A DNA stretch of 64,000 bases from Lama guanicoe (Eukaryota): the NCBI GenBank assembly GCA_013239625.1, contig MU054323.1, positions 17,116,029-17,180,028 of the forward strand, in the 5' to 3' direction. Position numbers and translations under genes: made by a program. Positions 11,944 to 24,148 of this stretch are shown here, piece by piece. The notes below the pieces were generated by a model. The model was not told the DNA's origin and searched no databases. It was given only the letters and a program-made list of their open reading frames with translations. Numbering within the stretch: position 1 is the first letter of the stretch; each line of letters opens with the position of its first letter.

Positions 11944-13779
11944 GTAAGTGAACTTGCTTCTGCTTACCTGCTGCAGTGTTAAGTGTCAAACTTGCCTCTT
12001 CTCTCCTGCGATGTGCTTTGTGGGATGACCTGGGGGAGTGACTGGAGAGACTAACCCAGGATGGAATTACTCTGGCGATGGAGTCATCCCCATGGTGAGT
12101 AAAAGTGCCCAGCAAAGCATCTAGCTCATAATAGGTGCTCAACAAACGGATGTTGTAGGGAAAGATAGAATGAGTACATCGTGCTGCCCCACATTCTCAG
12201 ACAAATAACTAGCTGTGTCAAGAACTCCCTTTCATCTAACTGTAACATGTGCTTACATTTGCTTCTCCTGTTCCACGCCTACCCCAGCCCCCTAGGATGA
12301 TTACTTCCAATTAAGGCACTTTCCCACCCTTGGATCCTCAGAAATGTGCTTAGCCTGGCCCCTTTAGATATGCCGCCAATATTTGTATGCTCCCACTGTA
12401 CAGCCCACCCTAAGAGTAGTGGAGAGACACTGACAGCCCCCCTTAGGTAATTCCTTCTAAACTACTTCATTCCCTCCTAATGGTAATATTTTAGCTTGCT
12501 GAGGAGGCTATTACATGAGATGGAATAGAGAGCTTGGCTAAGCTCTGTAGATTCTATCTATCTTCCTTTTCATCTGAGGAACTCATTATTGTCCACCATA
12601 CTTGAATCCCTTTGACATGATTTCCTACCACAAGATATTCATAGCCAACTAGTATTGCCTTGTATTTGTATACCTTTTTAGGAGTTTGCTGTTAATCTGC
12701 TGGGGTTTTTTTCCCTAGGATTTTTTCAAATAGCATGAGTTAACTGGTTCTTACATAATTTCTGAGGTCCTTCCTTTGGAAATAAGAAAGATGGTTCTTC
12801 ATTTGCTTGTTCCTTCTCTTCAGGAACATCCACCCTTTTTCTTGAGATCTTAAAGACAAATCAAAAAACAAAAGCAAAACAAACATGCATAGCCATAAGA
12901 GGCTCTGCAATCATTGGCATGAAGACCCCACTTTTTAAAATAACTTCAGAAAGAAACTTGGCAGAAACAGAACAAAATATTAATAGTTTTGTGTGGGTAG
13001 TAGATCATGGTGATTTTTCACTAGTTTCCACATTTTTGTATGCTTAAGACATATTATTTTATAACCAGAGGGGTGGTCTCAAGGAATATATTCAGAATTA
13101 GAAAGAGAACTTAGGCATGAAGTTCTACAGGGACTTACTTAGAGTAACAGGTATTTCTAAATTTCTTTTCAGAGGTTAAACAGTTTCCAGAATCACAGAC
13201 CCCACCCAGAAGGTGGTCAGGGTCAGCTCTCTTCTGTGTGCTGTCTTAGTAAGTGCAGCTCAAATCTACAGCCACTAGGTCAGGGATGAGGCTAGGTGGG
13301 GGCCACCAGCCTTTTGGAACACTTAGGTAAGGGTTGATGGGCAGTAATCCCACCTGGGTCTTCCTGTATTTTCAGAACATCTCTTGCCCTACCTGGAAAA
13401 ACATTATGTGTCTTAAACCGTCCTCAGGGAAATAGTTCAAAATTTAATATTTAAAATAGTCAGCTCATCTTATATATTTTCTTTTTGTTTGGTTTTTTTT
13501 TATTTAATAAGCAGTATTTTTGTCCTACTCAGGGTCAAACTTTGACTCATCACATCTAAGTTTGAGTGTTGGAGGCCTGGGGGGAGGAGAGCACTATGTT
13601 TTTCAAAGAATGGAAAAGGTATGTAGGTTGTAGGTTGGTTGGGGGTTTTCTTGACTGTTCTTTCTTATCTAATGCAAAACTGGGAGAACTTTTTTTTTTT
13701 TTTTTTTCTGAAACTTTGCCTAAAGAGCTATGAAAGCAGACCAGGGGCAACGTGAGATAAAAAGCAATAGCTACAGTCC

Positions 13780-14220
13780 TGGTATGACTGGGTAGGTATG
13801 TCCTCAAGGACCCAAGTTCTTTCATCATTCCATTCTGCTTCTTCAGTATTATGGTTTTTGTCTTCAGGCTTTTCCCCTCATGGTCACAAGATGGTTGCCA
13901 CAGCTCTAGAAATCACCTCTTCATATAGTCACATCCAGAGACAAAAAGAAAGACCAATTTCTTTTTTTCACAGCTCTAATGTTCCATTTTTAAGAATGAA
14001 TAAAACTCTTCCTGGAAGCTCCTCAGCAGGCCTTCTGTCACATTTTCTTGGCCAGAAGTATGTCTTATGCCCTGCTTAACTCAGTGACCAGCAAAGGAAT
14101 TAGACCACCATGATTGACATAGACAAATCAAAACTTGCCCTCTGGGATCAGGGTAGGGGTCCTTTCCCTGAATGTATGGCCTAGGACAGGATAAATCAAC
14201 AAGTCAGTGTTCTGCCAAGG
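13780..14220. mobile_element. MaLR LTR fragment (MLT1J/K-like)
   Basis: CTCATGGTCACAAGATGGTTGCCACAGCTCTAG and TTGGCCAGAA motifs typical of old MLT1. Confidence 0.6.
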
Positions 14221-15424
14221 GAAAGGGAAAGTGCTGCTAATGGAATTGTGATGGCTTTTGGGCAGTTACCAATAGTGTCTATTATATCCTGGTAGGAGTT
14301 GAATTAAGGCAGCAGTAATGGCAATGCACAAAAAGGTCCTTAAAGCACCATGCAAGGCACAATAAGCTCTATAAATGGTTAATATTACAGACTGGTAGCA
14401 GCCAAACAAAGTCAACCAAAGCAAACAGAATTCAGAGATGTGCCTCAAATTCTGTTTGTGAATCAACATTCCTTGCCAAGGAAAATAGTCTAACAGTAGT
14501 ATTCTGCCAGAGTAGATCATTGCATTATTCCAGGTCAGGAGAGTCATAAAATGAAAAGCATGCTTCCTTTACTGAAGGAATGTTACGGCTGCTTAGTGAC
14601 CCAACGATGACCAGTGGGTGCCTAGTCGTGTTCCTTTCCTTCTCCTCCCAGTCTTCTTCCTAACATCTCAGACTCAATTTATTTGGTGTGTGATTTTCAT
14701 GTTGAATCATTTTCTTCCTGCCCTAGCGCTAAAAAAAAAATGGAAAAAAGACATTCCTAAGAAGCTTTATTCATAATATTAAAAAAAAACAACTCGAAAC
14801 AACACATCAACAGGAGAATGGGTAAACAAATTGTAATATATTCATACAATGGAATACTACTCAACTTTGAACTGAGCATTAAATGGATAAAGCCAAAGAA
14901 ACAATCCCAAATTCTCTTCCCTCACATCTGCTCCCCTTGCTGGCAGTAGCCCTGAGGCATGAGGGGATGACAGTAGGGAGAGCCACACAGGAGAGAGACC
15001 CCCCCAACCCCAGGCTAGAACTGCTCTAGGCAGGGGTACAGGCCCCTTCCACTTTGAACCTGCTTTCCCAGGTCAGATCAGGGACCAAACAAGTGGCTAA
15101 GACAGTGTGAGCAGAGAGGCCTGTGCCCCAGCCTTGTCTCCCACCCCCTCCTACCCCTGGCCAGCTGGGACAATACAAGAGACTCACAGCTCTTCAGAAA
15201 CAGAGGCTCCTGGTAGTGTAAATCAGCCAGATTTCTGTCATGTGTAGACGTCGATTCTTATGGTGTCTAACATCTTGGCCTTTCTCCTCAGGGTGACTCC
15301 ATTTGATTTTGTGAAGCTGAGTCTTTCTGACTGTAGAATTTGTTTTAAGTTAACCAAGAATGCTCTGCCTCTCTCTGTGTACTTCCTTCTTAGGAACCCA
15401 CAGAGCCTTCAGTTTAGCCTAGTT

Positions 15425-15653
15425 CAGAGTTTCTCAGCCTCGGCACTATTGACATTGTGGGCCAGGTGGTTACTTACTGCAGAGGTCGGGAGGCTGTCCT
15501 GGGCATGGTAGTGTGTTTAGTAGAATCCCTGGCCTCTCCCCACAACTGCTTCCTCAGCAGCATTCCCACCCCCAGTCATGACAAGCAAAAATGTCTCGAG
15601 ATGCCGTCAAATTTGCCCAGTGGGGCAGAATCATCCCCAGTTGAGAACTACTG
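15425..15653 (+). mobile_element. MER20 (hAT-Charlie), near full length
   Basis: CAGAGTTTCTCAGCCTCGGCACTATTGACATT...CCCAGTTGAGAACTACTG termini. Confidence 0.85.
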
Positions 15654-16554
15654 ATTTACCTTGTTTTTGAGCATTCACTCAGTAAAAGCCCTCACCTGAT
15701 TCCCTTTTCACATCTCCTGCTGGGAATCTTTAAAAATCCTCCTATTAAAATATGGTCCTTCTTATTAGAAACATTTGCACATGTGTATTTTCCAGTTTGC
15801 AAGCAGCATAGCACGTCTGTTCTGAGCTGTTCCCTGCAAGAACCCTGGGAAAAATGGGGACATCGTCAGCTCGGTTTTACACAGAAGAAAAAGAGATTCT
15901 AGGAGGTTCAGTGACTTCGCTGGGGCCAGTCATTGGGGTCTGGGACCAAGCCTTTCTGACCACTGACCAGTGCTTCGTGTACCACCAGCCTCTGACTCTC
16001 CCAGCAGGGCAGGCTGCATCTTTATGGAGGAGATAGGACCCCAGTTCTGACTCCCAGGCTTCTGCCATGTGGCAGGGAGTGGGTCCACTGGGTGGGAACT
16101 AGGCCAGAGAAGGGGTGACATGGTCACCCCTAGCAAGCCCGGTGGCTGTGCTCTGGCGGTCCAGCTCCTGTGTGTTACAGGTCCCCAACCCTTGGTCTTC
16201 TGTTTGCCTGGCTTGTGAGGAGAGTAGAAGAAACCCCTCTGCTAATAAGCCCAAATCCGAAAGGCTTTCAAACCACTGTTGTCTGTCTGATGTTTCACCT
16301 TCATAATTGCGTTCAGAAAAGAAAATGCATGCTGGGGTCCCACTTGAAAGCTTTCTTTAAATGTATCACTGCTATTTTGAGACCCTATCTACCTAATGTA
16401 AATTAACATACTAATCATTTTCATAGGTCAAATGGAATTTCTAAAGGTTTTGTCAATGTTTGAAAATGTTTCTGCAAAAGAAGTTATAAAACAAATATAT
16501 AAAGTAAGGCTTAGCATTAAATCTTCTTTTCCTTCTCTACTTTTTCCCTCTCAG

Positions 16555-16636
16555 GGTTCCCCAAATATATATGACCATGAAGTCACTATAGAAGCTGATG
16601 CTTTTTTGCCTGTGGATGAAAGCCTGATTCCTACAG
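16555..16636 (+). CDS. GALM: GALM coding exon 4
   Basis: Long polypyrimidine tract + cag|; GSPNIYDHEVTIEADAFLPVDESLIPT; donor CAG|gttggt; 82 nt. Confidence 0.96.
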
Positions 16637-16782
16637 GTTGGTGAATTTAAATTTTATGTGGGAATGCAGAGCTATGGTGCAATGTGAGAGAGATTAAAAC
16701 TTCATTTCCCTAAATATACTTCCCCTGTTGGCCTGACAGTGCCTGTGATTACCATGATTAGTCGTTTATTTTGGTTAAGGCT

Positions 16783-16912
16783 GGGTGACCATATAATTAA
16801 ACACCCAAACCAGGACACTTTTGAGAGGGAAAGGGGATGCTGTTAATAATTAAGCCAGGGCAACAGGCATAAACTGAAATACTGCCAAACATTGGGTCAG
16901 ATGGTCATCCTA
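16783..16912. mobile_element. MER81-like hAT-Blackjack MITE
   Basis: GGGTGACCATATAATT...GGACACTTTTGAGAG...ATGGTCATCCTA TIRs; a second fragment lies near 43223-43300. Confidence 0.75.
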
Positions 16913-17271
16913 GCTGAGCCTGAGAGTCCAGAAGTTATCCATTAAAATCTAAATCTGTTACTCCTTAGCACCTTGGCAGAGATACATTTACCTAAGCATT
17001 ACCTGACAATTGCAAAACCCTGATAGAACATAACGTGATATTTGACAGAAGTGAAAGGGTGGAATGGGTTGTACCCTGAAGAGGTCAAATGCAAATAGAT
17101 CACCTCTGAGACACAGTTAGGGGGACGGGGTGGAAGGGGGTGTCCAGTGTATCAAAAAGCGAGGTGAGGTATTGTTAGTCAGGCATCATGGGTGTGTATA
17201 TGTGTGTGTCCTGGGTTAACTGGATCGAGATCATCCTAGTTATCATTTGAGATCAAAAGCACCTTGGTTCA

Positions 17272-17497
17272 AATAGGCAGATCTATAGAGATAGAGAGTA
17301 GGTTAGTGGGTTGCCCGGGGCTGGGGATAGAGGAGAGTGGGGAATGACAATGGGTACGAGATTTCTTTTGGGGTGATGAAAAGATTCTGGAATTAGACAA
17401 TGGTGATGGTTGCATACCACTTGTAAATATACTAAACACTGCTGAATTGTACACTTTAAAAGGGTATATGAATTATATCTCAATTTTTGAAAACAAG
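17272..17497 (+). mobile_element. L1MB-like 3' end with a 16 bp TSD
   Basis: GGGGTGATGAAAAGATTCTGGAATTAGA...GAATTGTACACTTTAAA; TSD AAAG(C/A)ACCTTGGTTCA at 17256-17271 and 17498-17513. Confidence 0.85.
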
Positions 17498-18149
17498 AAA
17501 GAACCTTGGTTCATGTGTTATCTCCAGGGTTCAGTGGTGTAGTTTTGTACTGGATTGCAGGTGCACCCCCATCTGTCTTCAGGGGACAGATGGCTGAATG
17601 CAAGGTGATTGGCAGGGGTGTTGTTATTTGTGGCAGTTGACAGAAATTAACTTGAAGTAATTACCCCCAAAGGTGCATATTCTTACTGAGGTTTTGTTAA
17701 GATCAGAGATCAGCTGAATATAGAAGGCATAGTCAAAGAAAACTAAAGTAAACCAAAGTAGAGGATGAAGGAAAGGAGGAGCAGAAACCTAGAAAGACAC
17801 AAATACTTTCTGCGTCAGCTTCCCTTCTCCTGGAGGAAGGGCCGCCCTTGTGCTGCCTGGCTGATCAAGGTCTCCTGCCTGTGTCTGACAGCAACTTGAC
17901 TTCTTGAATGTGTTACCTCATAGCTCCTTGGTCAGATGTCTTATGTCCTGTGTTCTGGTCTCTCAGGGCTCTGTTCAGGGCTCCGGCTATCTCAGCTACT
18001 TGTGAAAGGCCAGGAAGGCCTGTGCCTTCTGTTCCCACCCCATGTGAGGGTGCTACTACTTCAGTTGTGTCTGCTCCAGTAAAGATCTTAGCATGATAGC
18101 AATGTGAACAATTAGAAGCCAAGGGCACCATCTTGGTTAATTACTTGAT

Positions 18150-18640
18150 TTACATCACCAGTAATAAGACATACTGACATTGTGTCCCTCTCATGTGATG
18201 CACTGAAAAAGCACATCATTTGTGTGGTATTCTGTCAAAAATGTATAACCTCAATGCATTCAGAAGAAAATATTACATGAACCGAATTGAGGGACAGTCT
18301 ACAAAGTAAGTGAGCAGTGCTCTTCAGTGATATCAAGATCATAAAAGACAAAGAAAGATTAAAGAACGGGTCACAGAGGAAACTAAGGAGATAACAATAA
18401 CTAAATGCAACATGGGATCCTAAATTGAATCATGAGGCAGAAAAGGGGCATTAGTGGGAATGCTGGTGAAACCCTAATGAAGTGTGTAGTTTAGTTAATA
18501 ACATTATAGTATTAAATTTCTTAGTTGTGATCATTGTACCATGGTCATGTAAGATGTTAACATTAGAGGAAAGTGGGTGAAGGGTACACAGAGATATATT
18601 ATTTTTGCAACATTTCGGTAAGTCTAAAATTATTTCTAAT
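18150..18640 (+). mobile_element. Old L1 3'UTR (L1MC4/ME-like)
   Basis: ACTAAATGCAACATGGGATCCT, AAGATGTTAACATTAGAGGAAAGTGGGTGAAGGGTA, TAAGTCTAAAATTATTTC motifs. Confidence 0.7.
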
Positions 18641-21600
18641 TTTCACAATGGAATAAAAAAGGCTCAGAGCTCCAAGTAAGATATTACTTAAGTTTATTGG
18701 GCATCTGCCTTATTTTAGGTAAGGGCTTCTTTTATTTTGGCATCTTTAAAACAATGGGGTTGTGTATATGGCTGCTAGTTCAGAATTTTTAAGGGGAAAA
18801 AGAATGTGAGCCTGCATACTGAACAGCAACTTCAGTTAATGGCCGGAATTAGAAACTCCCATAAACAAGGCAACTGTGAAACTAATTAGAATAATAATGA
18901 GAAATCAAGATAAATGGATTAAAACATTTTAACTTCACAGTGTTGAATGTTCTCTTGGCTCCCAGGCTTTTATCTGCCTTGGTAACATGTGTTATCCTGT
19001 GATTATGATATTGATGAGGCTCAACAGACTGGTGAGAGTCAGCTGGCCCGTCTTGTCCTAGGTGCAGAATTATTGCATTAGGACTATATGTTGTGAACTG
19101 CAAGGGAAAAATAGTGGTGGCTACTGTTTTGTAACTGATAAGGAGGAAAAGCAACTAAGTAGCCTATAAGTGGAAGTGATGAAATAAGGGCCTATTTATT
19201 TGGGTATATTTATAAACTCTTATGCTGCCCTGTTGAGTTTTGATCAGACAAAAATCACATAATCGCATAATTTATGTCGGGTAAAGATTATTTGTCATAA
19301 TTGTAAGCGATAATTGTGGCAAAGCACAGTAGAGCTTAACAGTCTAGTGGACTGTATAAAACCCACGTTCATCTCAGTTCTGCACTGGTAAGTGGCTTTA
19401 GGATCAAATTCCATACGCTGTACTAATACTGAACACCTGAGAAGCTGAGTGGGCTGTAAGAAGTCTAGACTCTCAGGGAAACAAGAGCCCTGGTTCTAGT
19501 CTTCCTTTTGCTGTTAACTAACCTTCAGTGTATGTATAATCCTTTAACATTTAATCTCTAATAGACTCTCATTTTCTTTTCTGCCAATAAGAAGGAAGTT
19601 GAGCTCAATTAGAATTCATAAATTTTCATAAATCAGCCCCATATATTTTATTTAAAAAACAGTTTGGGAAACTTATCTGGGGTTGCCCAACCTTTCATTT
19701 TGCCAAGTTAGAAAGCTATTACAAATACAGGGCTATTAAAACAAATTGGGAATGTATATACATTATATTTCAATTAAAATTTTTAACCAATTGGGATAAT
19801 AATGAAGAACAGAGATAAACAGACTACATTTTCTTTAAAAACCCAAACTACCATTCATAGTCACCATTTTTCATAAAAGAAAGAATATTTTAATACCACA
19901 AAAGTGGGGAAAATTTAATCTCGGAATAAAAACAACCGTTTAAATTGAATTCATCTTTTTAAAGAAGTGTGACAGCTGCTTATTCAAATACATCTCAGTT
20001 TTCTGTGGACCAGTGAAAATTTTATCACGGACTCATGATTGAGAACCAGTCATTGGTCTGTAAGGTCACTTGTAGCTGTTATATTCTGTGATTCTACAAG
20101 TATCTTAGTATAACATTTTACTGCTATTTCCACCACACTTCAAATTCATTAGAACTCTATCACAAGAGTAAATAAGTTGCAACAACTTCAAAGTTAAAGA
20201 AAAAGTCATAATTCTCTTTTACATGTCCATTCATTAGCCAGTCCCACACATGTTATATCTGATTGACCAATGACCCTTAAACTGAAATTATCTGGGGGCT
20301 CCTCGATAGAGGAGATGGGCATTAAATAAAACCTAGAAGGGCAAGTAGAATTTTGCCAGGCAGTGAGGAGGAGAAAGCTGTTTTGGACAGAGATGAACAA
20401 GAATGGGCAGGACTGTCCCCCAGGGAAGTGCTGGGCTTCTGAAGCATTCGGGGCATGCTTTCGGTGGCAGAAAAATGGACAGGCCTGTAGAGATTGGCAG
20501 GGGCCATGTCAAATCTGCACCAAGCTCGGCTGTGACTATAGTCACTGATGGGACTTGGAGTTCAAGGCCAAGCCACACAGGCAGACTCACGGTGTACCAA
20601 ATATTCAGCCAGAACTGTACTAGACTGAACCCCAAGGACACTTGCCTGAGATGTGCTGCCAGAAATCTGTTAGTCTAGCCACACTCTGTCAAGAGTTCTG
20701 GGAATTGATACGCAGTATCTAGAGATTGTGGTTGTGCTGAATTGAGAAAAAGGAAGAAACTTTTTCTCTGTGAGATAAGGTGATGGTTTATGATAATATA
20801 GCTGGTATTTCAGAGATGACTTTATAAATAAAGAATCCACACCACAACCCTATAAGGGTTCTGTTCCTTTTCTTATTTAATGAATGTGGAAACTGTAGCA
20901 CAAGGAGTTTAAGTAACTTACTAAGGACCACTCAGTTAAGGAGCAGTGGAAAGCTGGGATTCAAACCTAGGTAGTCTGGTACTGAAATTCAGTCTCTTAA
21001 CTAGACCTGTACTCTGCAGACCTTACAGTGTGGTTAGATGTCATAAAGGTTCTGGAGTGGAGGGGGAAAGGAAGAAAGGAGAGAGGGAAAAAAGGAAAAG
21101 TAAATGAAACTCTGGACTATATCGATATCCAAGATCACCATATAGCCAAGAAGCAGGAAGTAAGCCAGAAAATAAATAAGTAAAGCTTTGGACAATTGTC
21201 AGTTCCCGTTTTTTTGGGGGTTTTTTTTTTTTGCCACCTTTTATATAGGTGGCCTCACAATTTCTTACCCTGTTTTCCTTCCTGTCTTCTCCTCAATTAC
21301 ATTTCTGCTTTTCTGCAAAGAAAACAGAAAAACAAATTTGTTCAAATTACATTAAAAAAGAGGAAAACAGAAAGGCCACACCTCCACATTTTGTTGCTGT
21401 TATACTTACACTTGTTTTTCAACTCCTTGTTTGCCCTTCCTGAAAGCTGTAACCTGAGCTCTTCTTAAGGGAAATGCTGACGTAGATCTTAACTTTGGGG
21501 GTGTTTTTTTTTACCTTGGTTACAGATACCCGGTAAATAATTTTTCAGGTGATGGGAAAACCCATTGTGTGAGAAAGTAGCACCTGTAATACTGTAGCCA

Positions 21601-21882
21601 AGGTAGCTGATAAAAAGGGACCTTCCCCCAGCGTGTGTCTGGGGGAGAGGTGAAGTCCTGTCCTCCATCTTGTTTATCGCAGGCTTACTGATTAGGCGTT
21701 ATTGCATAGAGAGGAAAGGGATACCCTGATGTAGAGTTTCCAGGAGCCAAAGCAAGCACAATGTGATGAGATCTCCTCCTCCTAATTTATAGCCCCATTT
21801 AGACCTCTACCCCAGGCAGGGCCCACGGCCCTCCAGCAGCCTTGCGCACCTGTTTCGTTCCTCCTCCTCCTCCCCCCTCCCC

Positions 21883-22003
21883 TTTTTTGAGGTGGGGAGA
21901 TAATTAGGTTTATTCATTTACTTTTAGAGGAGGTACTAGAGACTGAATCCAGGACCTCCTGCATGCTAAGCATGCACTCTACACTTGAGCTATATCCTCC
22001 CCC
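21883..22003 (-). mobile_element. Vic-1-like SINE
   Basis: Minus strand GGGGGAGGATATAGCTCAAGTGTAGAGTGCATGCTTAGCATGC...AACCTAATTATCTCCCC. Confidence 0.85.
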
Positions 22004-23832
22004 TCGCCTTTCTTCTTGTTGGCAATTTTTGGGGGGCATATAACATGTCTTCAGCCCTTTCTGTCAATAAAGCATGGAACACAACAGCCTCTGCTATGTG
22101 GCTTCTACATTCTTCCCCTTTCTCTGCTCTGGTAAAAGGCTATCCTTTTCCAAAAGCCCAGTGGAAGTGCCTCAGCAAGGGTGAGGGTATCAAGAGCCTT
22201 CAGAGGCGCCCATACCAATAATCTAAAGTCACTCTCATTTTCCCCCTTGGAAATTTCTGCCATCTTGTCAGTCCTCGAAGCTTCCTAATGCAAGCAAGCA
22301 ATATCCCTTGTGTGTTGTTAGGCTGGAAGACTCTAGCATCTTTGCTTTTCTTCTGGGGAAAAAAAAAAAGAAAAAAGAAAGAAAAACAAATATTCTGAGT
22401 AAAAGAACAGAATCCATCACTTAGCTTCTGAAGCTATTGCTCTGGATGAAATTCCAGGCACTTTGGAGTCGGCAGTGGTGTTTTCAGAACCTGGTCCGTG
22501 CTCCCGGGTGCCTCTCTCCTGCACCAATAGAAGATCACTGCAAGGCTGAGAGCTCATTTCACCTGTAGACCAGGAGCAAAGTAGCAGCTAAGTGTCAAGG
22601 CTGGGTGTGCATGTCAGCAGTTAGTGTAGCTTTGCTTCTTCTGAGCAATTGTTTTTTTCTACTTTAAAAATTTGTTTTCTGCAGCCCATATAGCACTGCT
22701 ACTACGTAGGATGGGGCGTCTTCAGGTCACCTTGAGTATGTTTTTATGCTGTTGTCAGGGCTGTCCTGTAGCTTCCCAGAGGTAGAACTCCTGGAAGCCG
22801 TTTACCAGGAAGCACAGGTATATAGTGGGTGTCCACAGAGAGAGAACACTCCAGTGCCAGCCCTCTGTGCTTACATGTCGGACATTTAGCTTCGAGACCT
22901 GAGTCTAGTGTCCTGCCCTATGGAAACAAGGGGAAACTGGTCCCTGGTACCCTGCTCAGGTGTTAAGCCAGCTGAATGTGAGCAAGTGAGAAAATTCAAT
23001 CCTTCTGTTTCTCTAAGGATTAATTCATCCCCAAGGTGGTAAATACTACATTTCATCCTTTTGCCTTACAGAACTGTGAGACTTGAGGTGATCTGGGCCA
23101 CCTGCCCAGCCAGACTTCATGATGCATACAACAGAGTGCAGAATTAAGCATGTGTCTTTAGGCATTCACAGCACATAGCTTTTTTTTTTCCTTTTAATTT
23201 TGCTGTTCTTTAGTTGTAGTAGTAGATAAGGAATTATGAAAGCAAACATGAATGCTTTGATTAGGTCTCAAAGTAACATTAGTGAAATCCCATCTTACTC
23301 TCTTCCTTAAGAAGAAATACCTTTTATTTTCATAAAAATTTACCCAATCCACTCTGTCCCCCAGCCCATCTGTGTTCACTTGCTGTTCTTGCTGCTCTCT
23401 GTTTTTGAAAGTTCCTTCTAAAATTACATGAAAGCAACCCCATTTTGACAAAATTAGAATTCTGGTAGGGAAGGCTTACCACGAGGCTGTGGAGAGAAGC
23501 TCAGCAAGACATTTGTGTTTTATTTCAACCTCTCTGAGTTCAACCTACAATTCAGTTGATTTTATAATTACTTCCCTAGGGCAGGTCTAAGTCTGTGACC
23601 TGGAGAAATAACAAATTCCAAAGTAGTCTCCTGGTTCAAAGACAGTGCAAATGAAGACTATTTTGATCTACATGTTTTAATCTTTGTGGAGCTTCTTACA
23701 GAAAACTCCTTTAGACTTTATATAATTCTAAAATAGTGGACATAATATTAGTTTCAGCCCTCCATCAGTATGCTTCCTCTTTCCTTTTCGTCCCACCTCC
23801 TCACCCCACCGAATATCACCAGGTCCTGCTGA

Positions 23833-24148
23833 TTTTTTTTTTTTCACTAAAACTTAATTTATTTTAGAGAAGTTTTAGGTTCACCACAAAATGGAGCAGA
23901 AGGTACAGAGATTCACCATATACCCCCCAGTCCCACACATGCACAGCCTACCCCTTATCAACATCCCCCACTACAGTGGTGCGTTTGTTACAATTGATGA
24001 ATCTGCATTGACATTGCCATTATCACCCAAAGTTCATAATGTACATTAGGGTTCACTCTTGGTATGGTATATTCTGTGGGTTTGGACAAATGTATGACAT
24101 GTATCCATCATTATGGTATCATACAGGGTATTCCCTGAAAATCCTCTA
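23833..24148 (-). mobile_element. L1MC-like 3' end (antisense)
   Basis: Poly(T), then the reverse complement of the same 3'UTR motifs seen at 6660-6900 (GGGTTCACTCTTGGT, GGGTTTGGACAAA). Confidence 0.85.
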
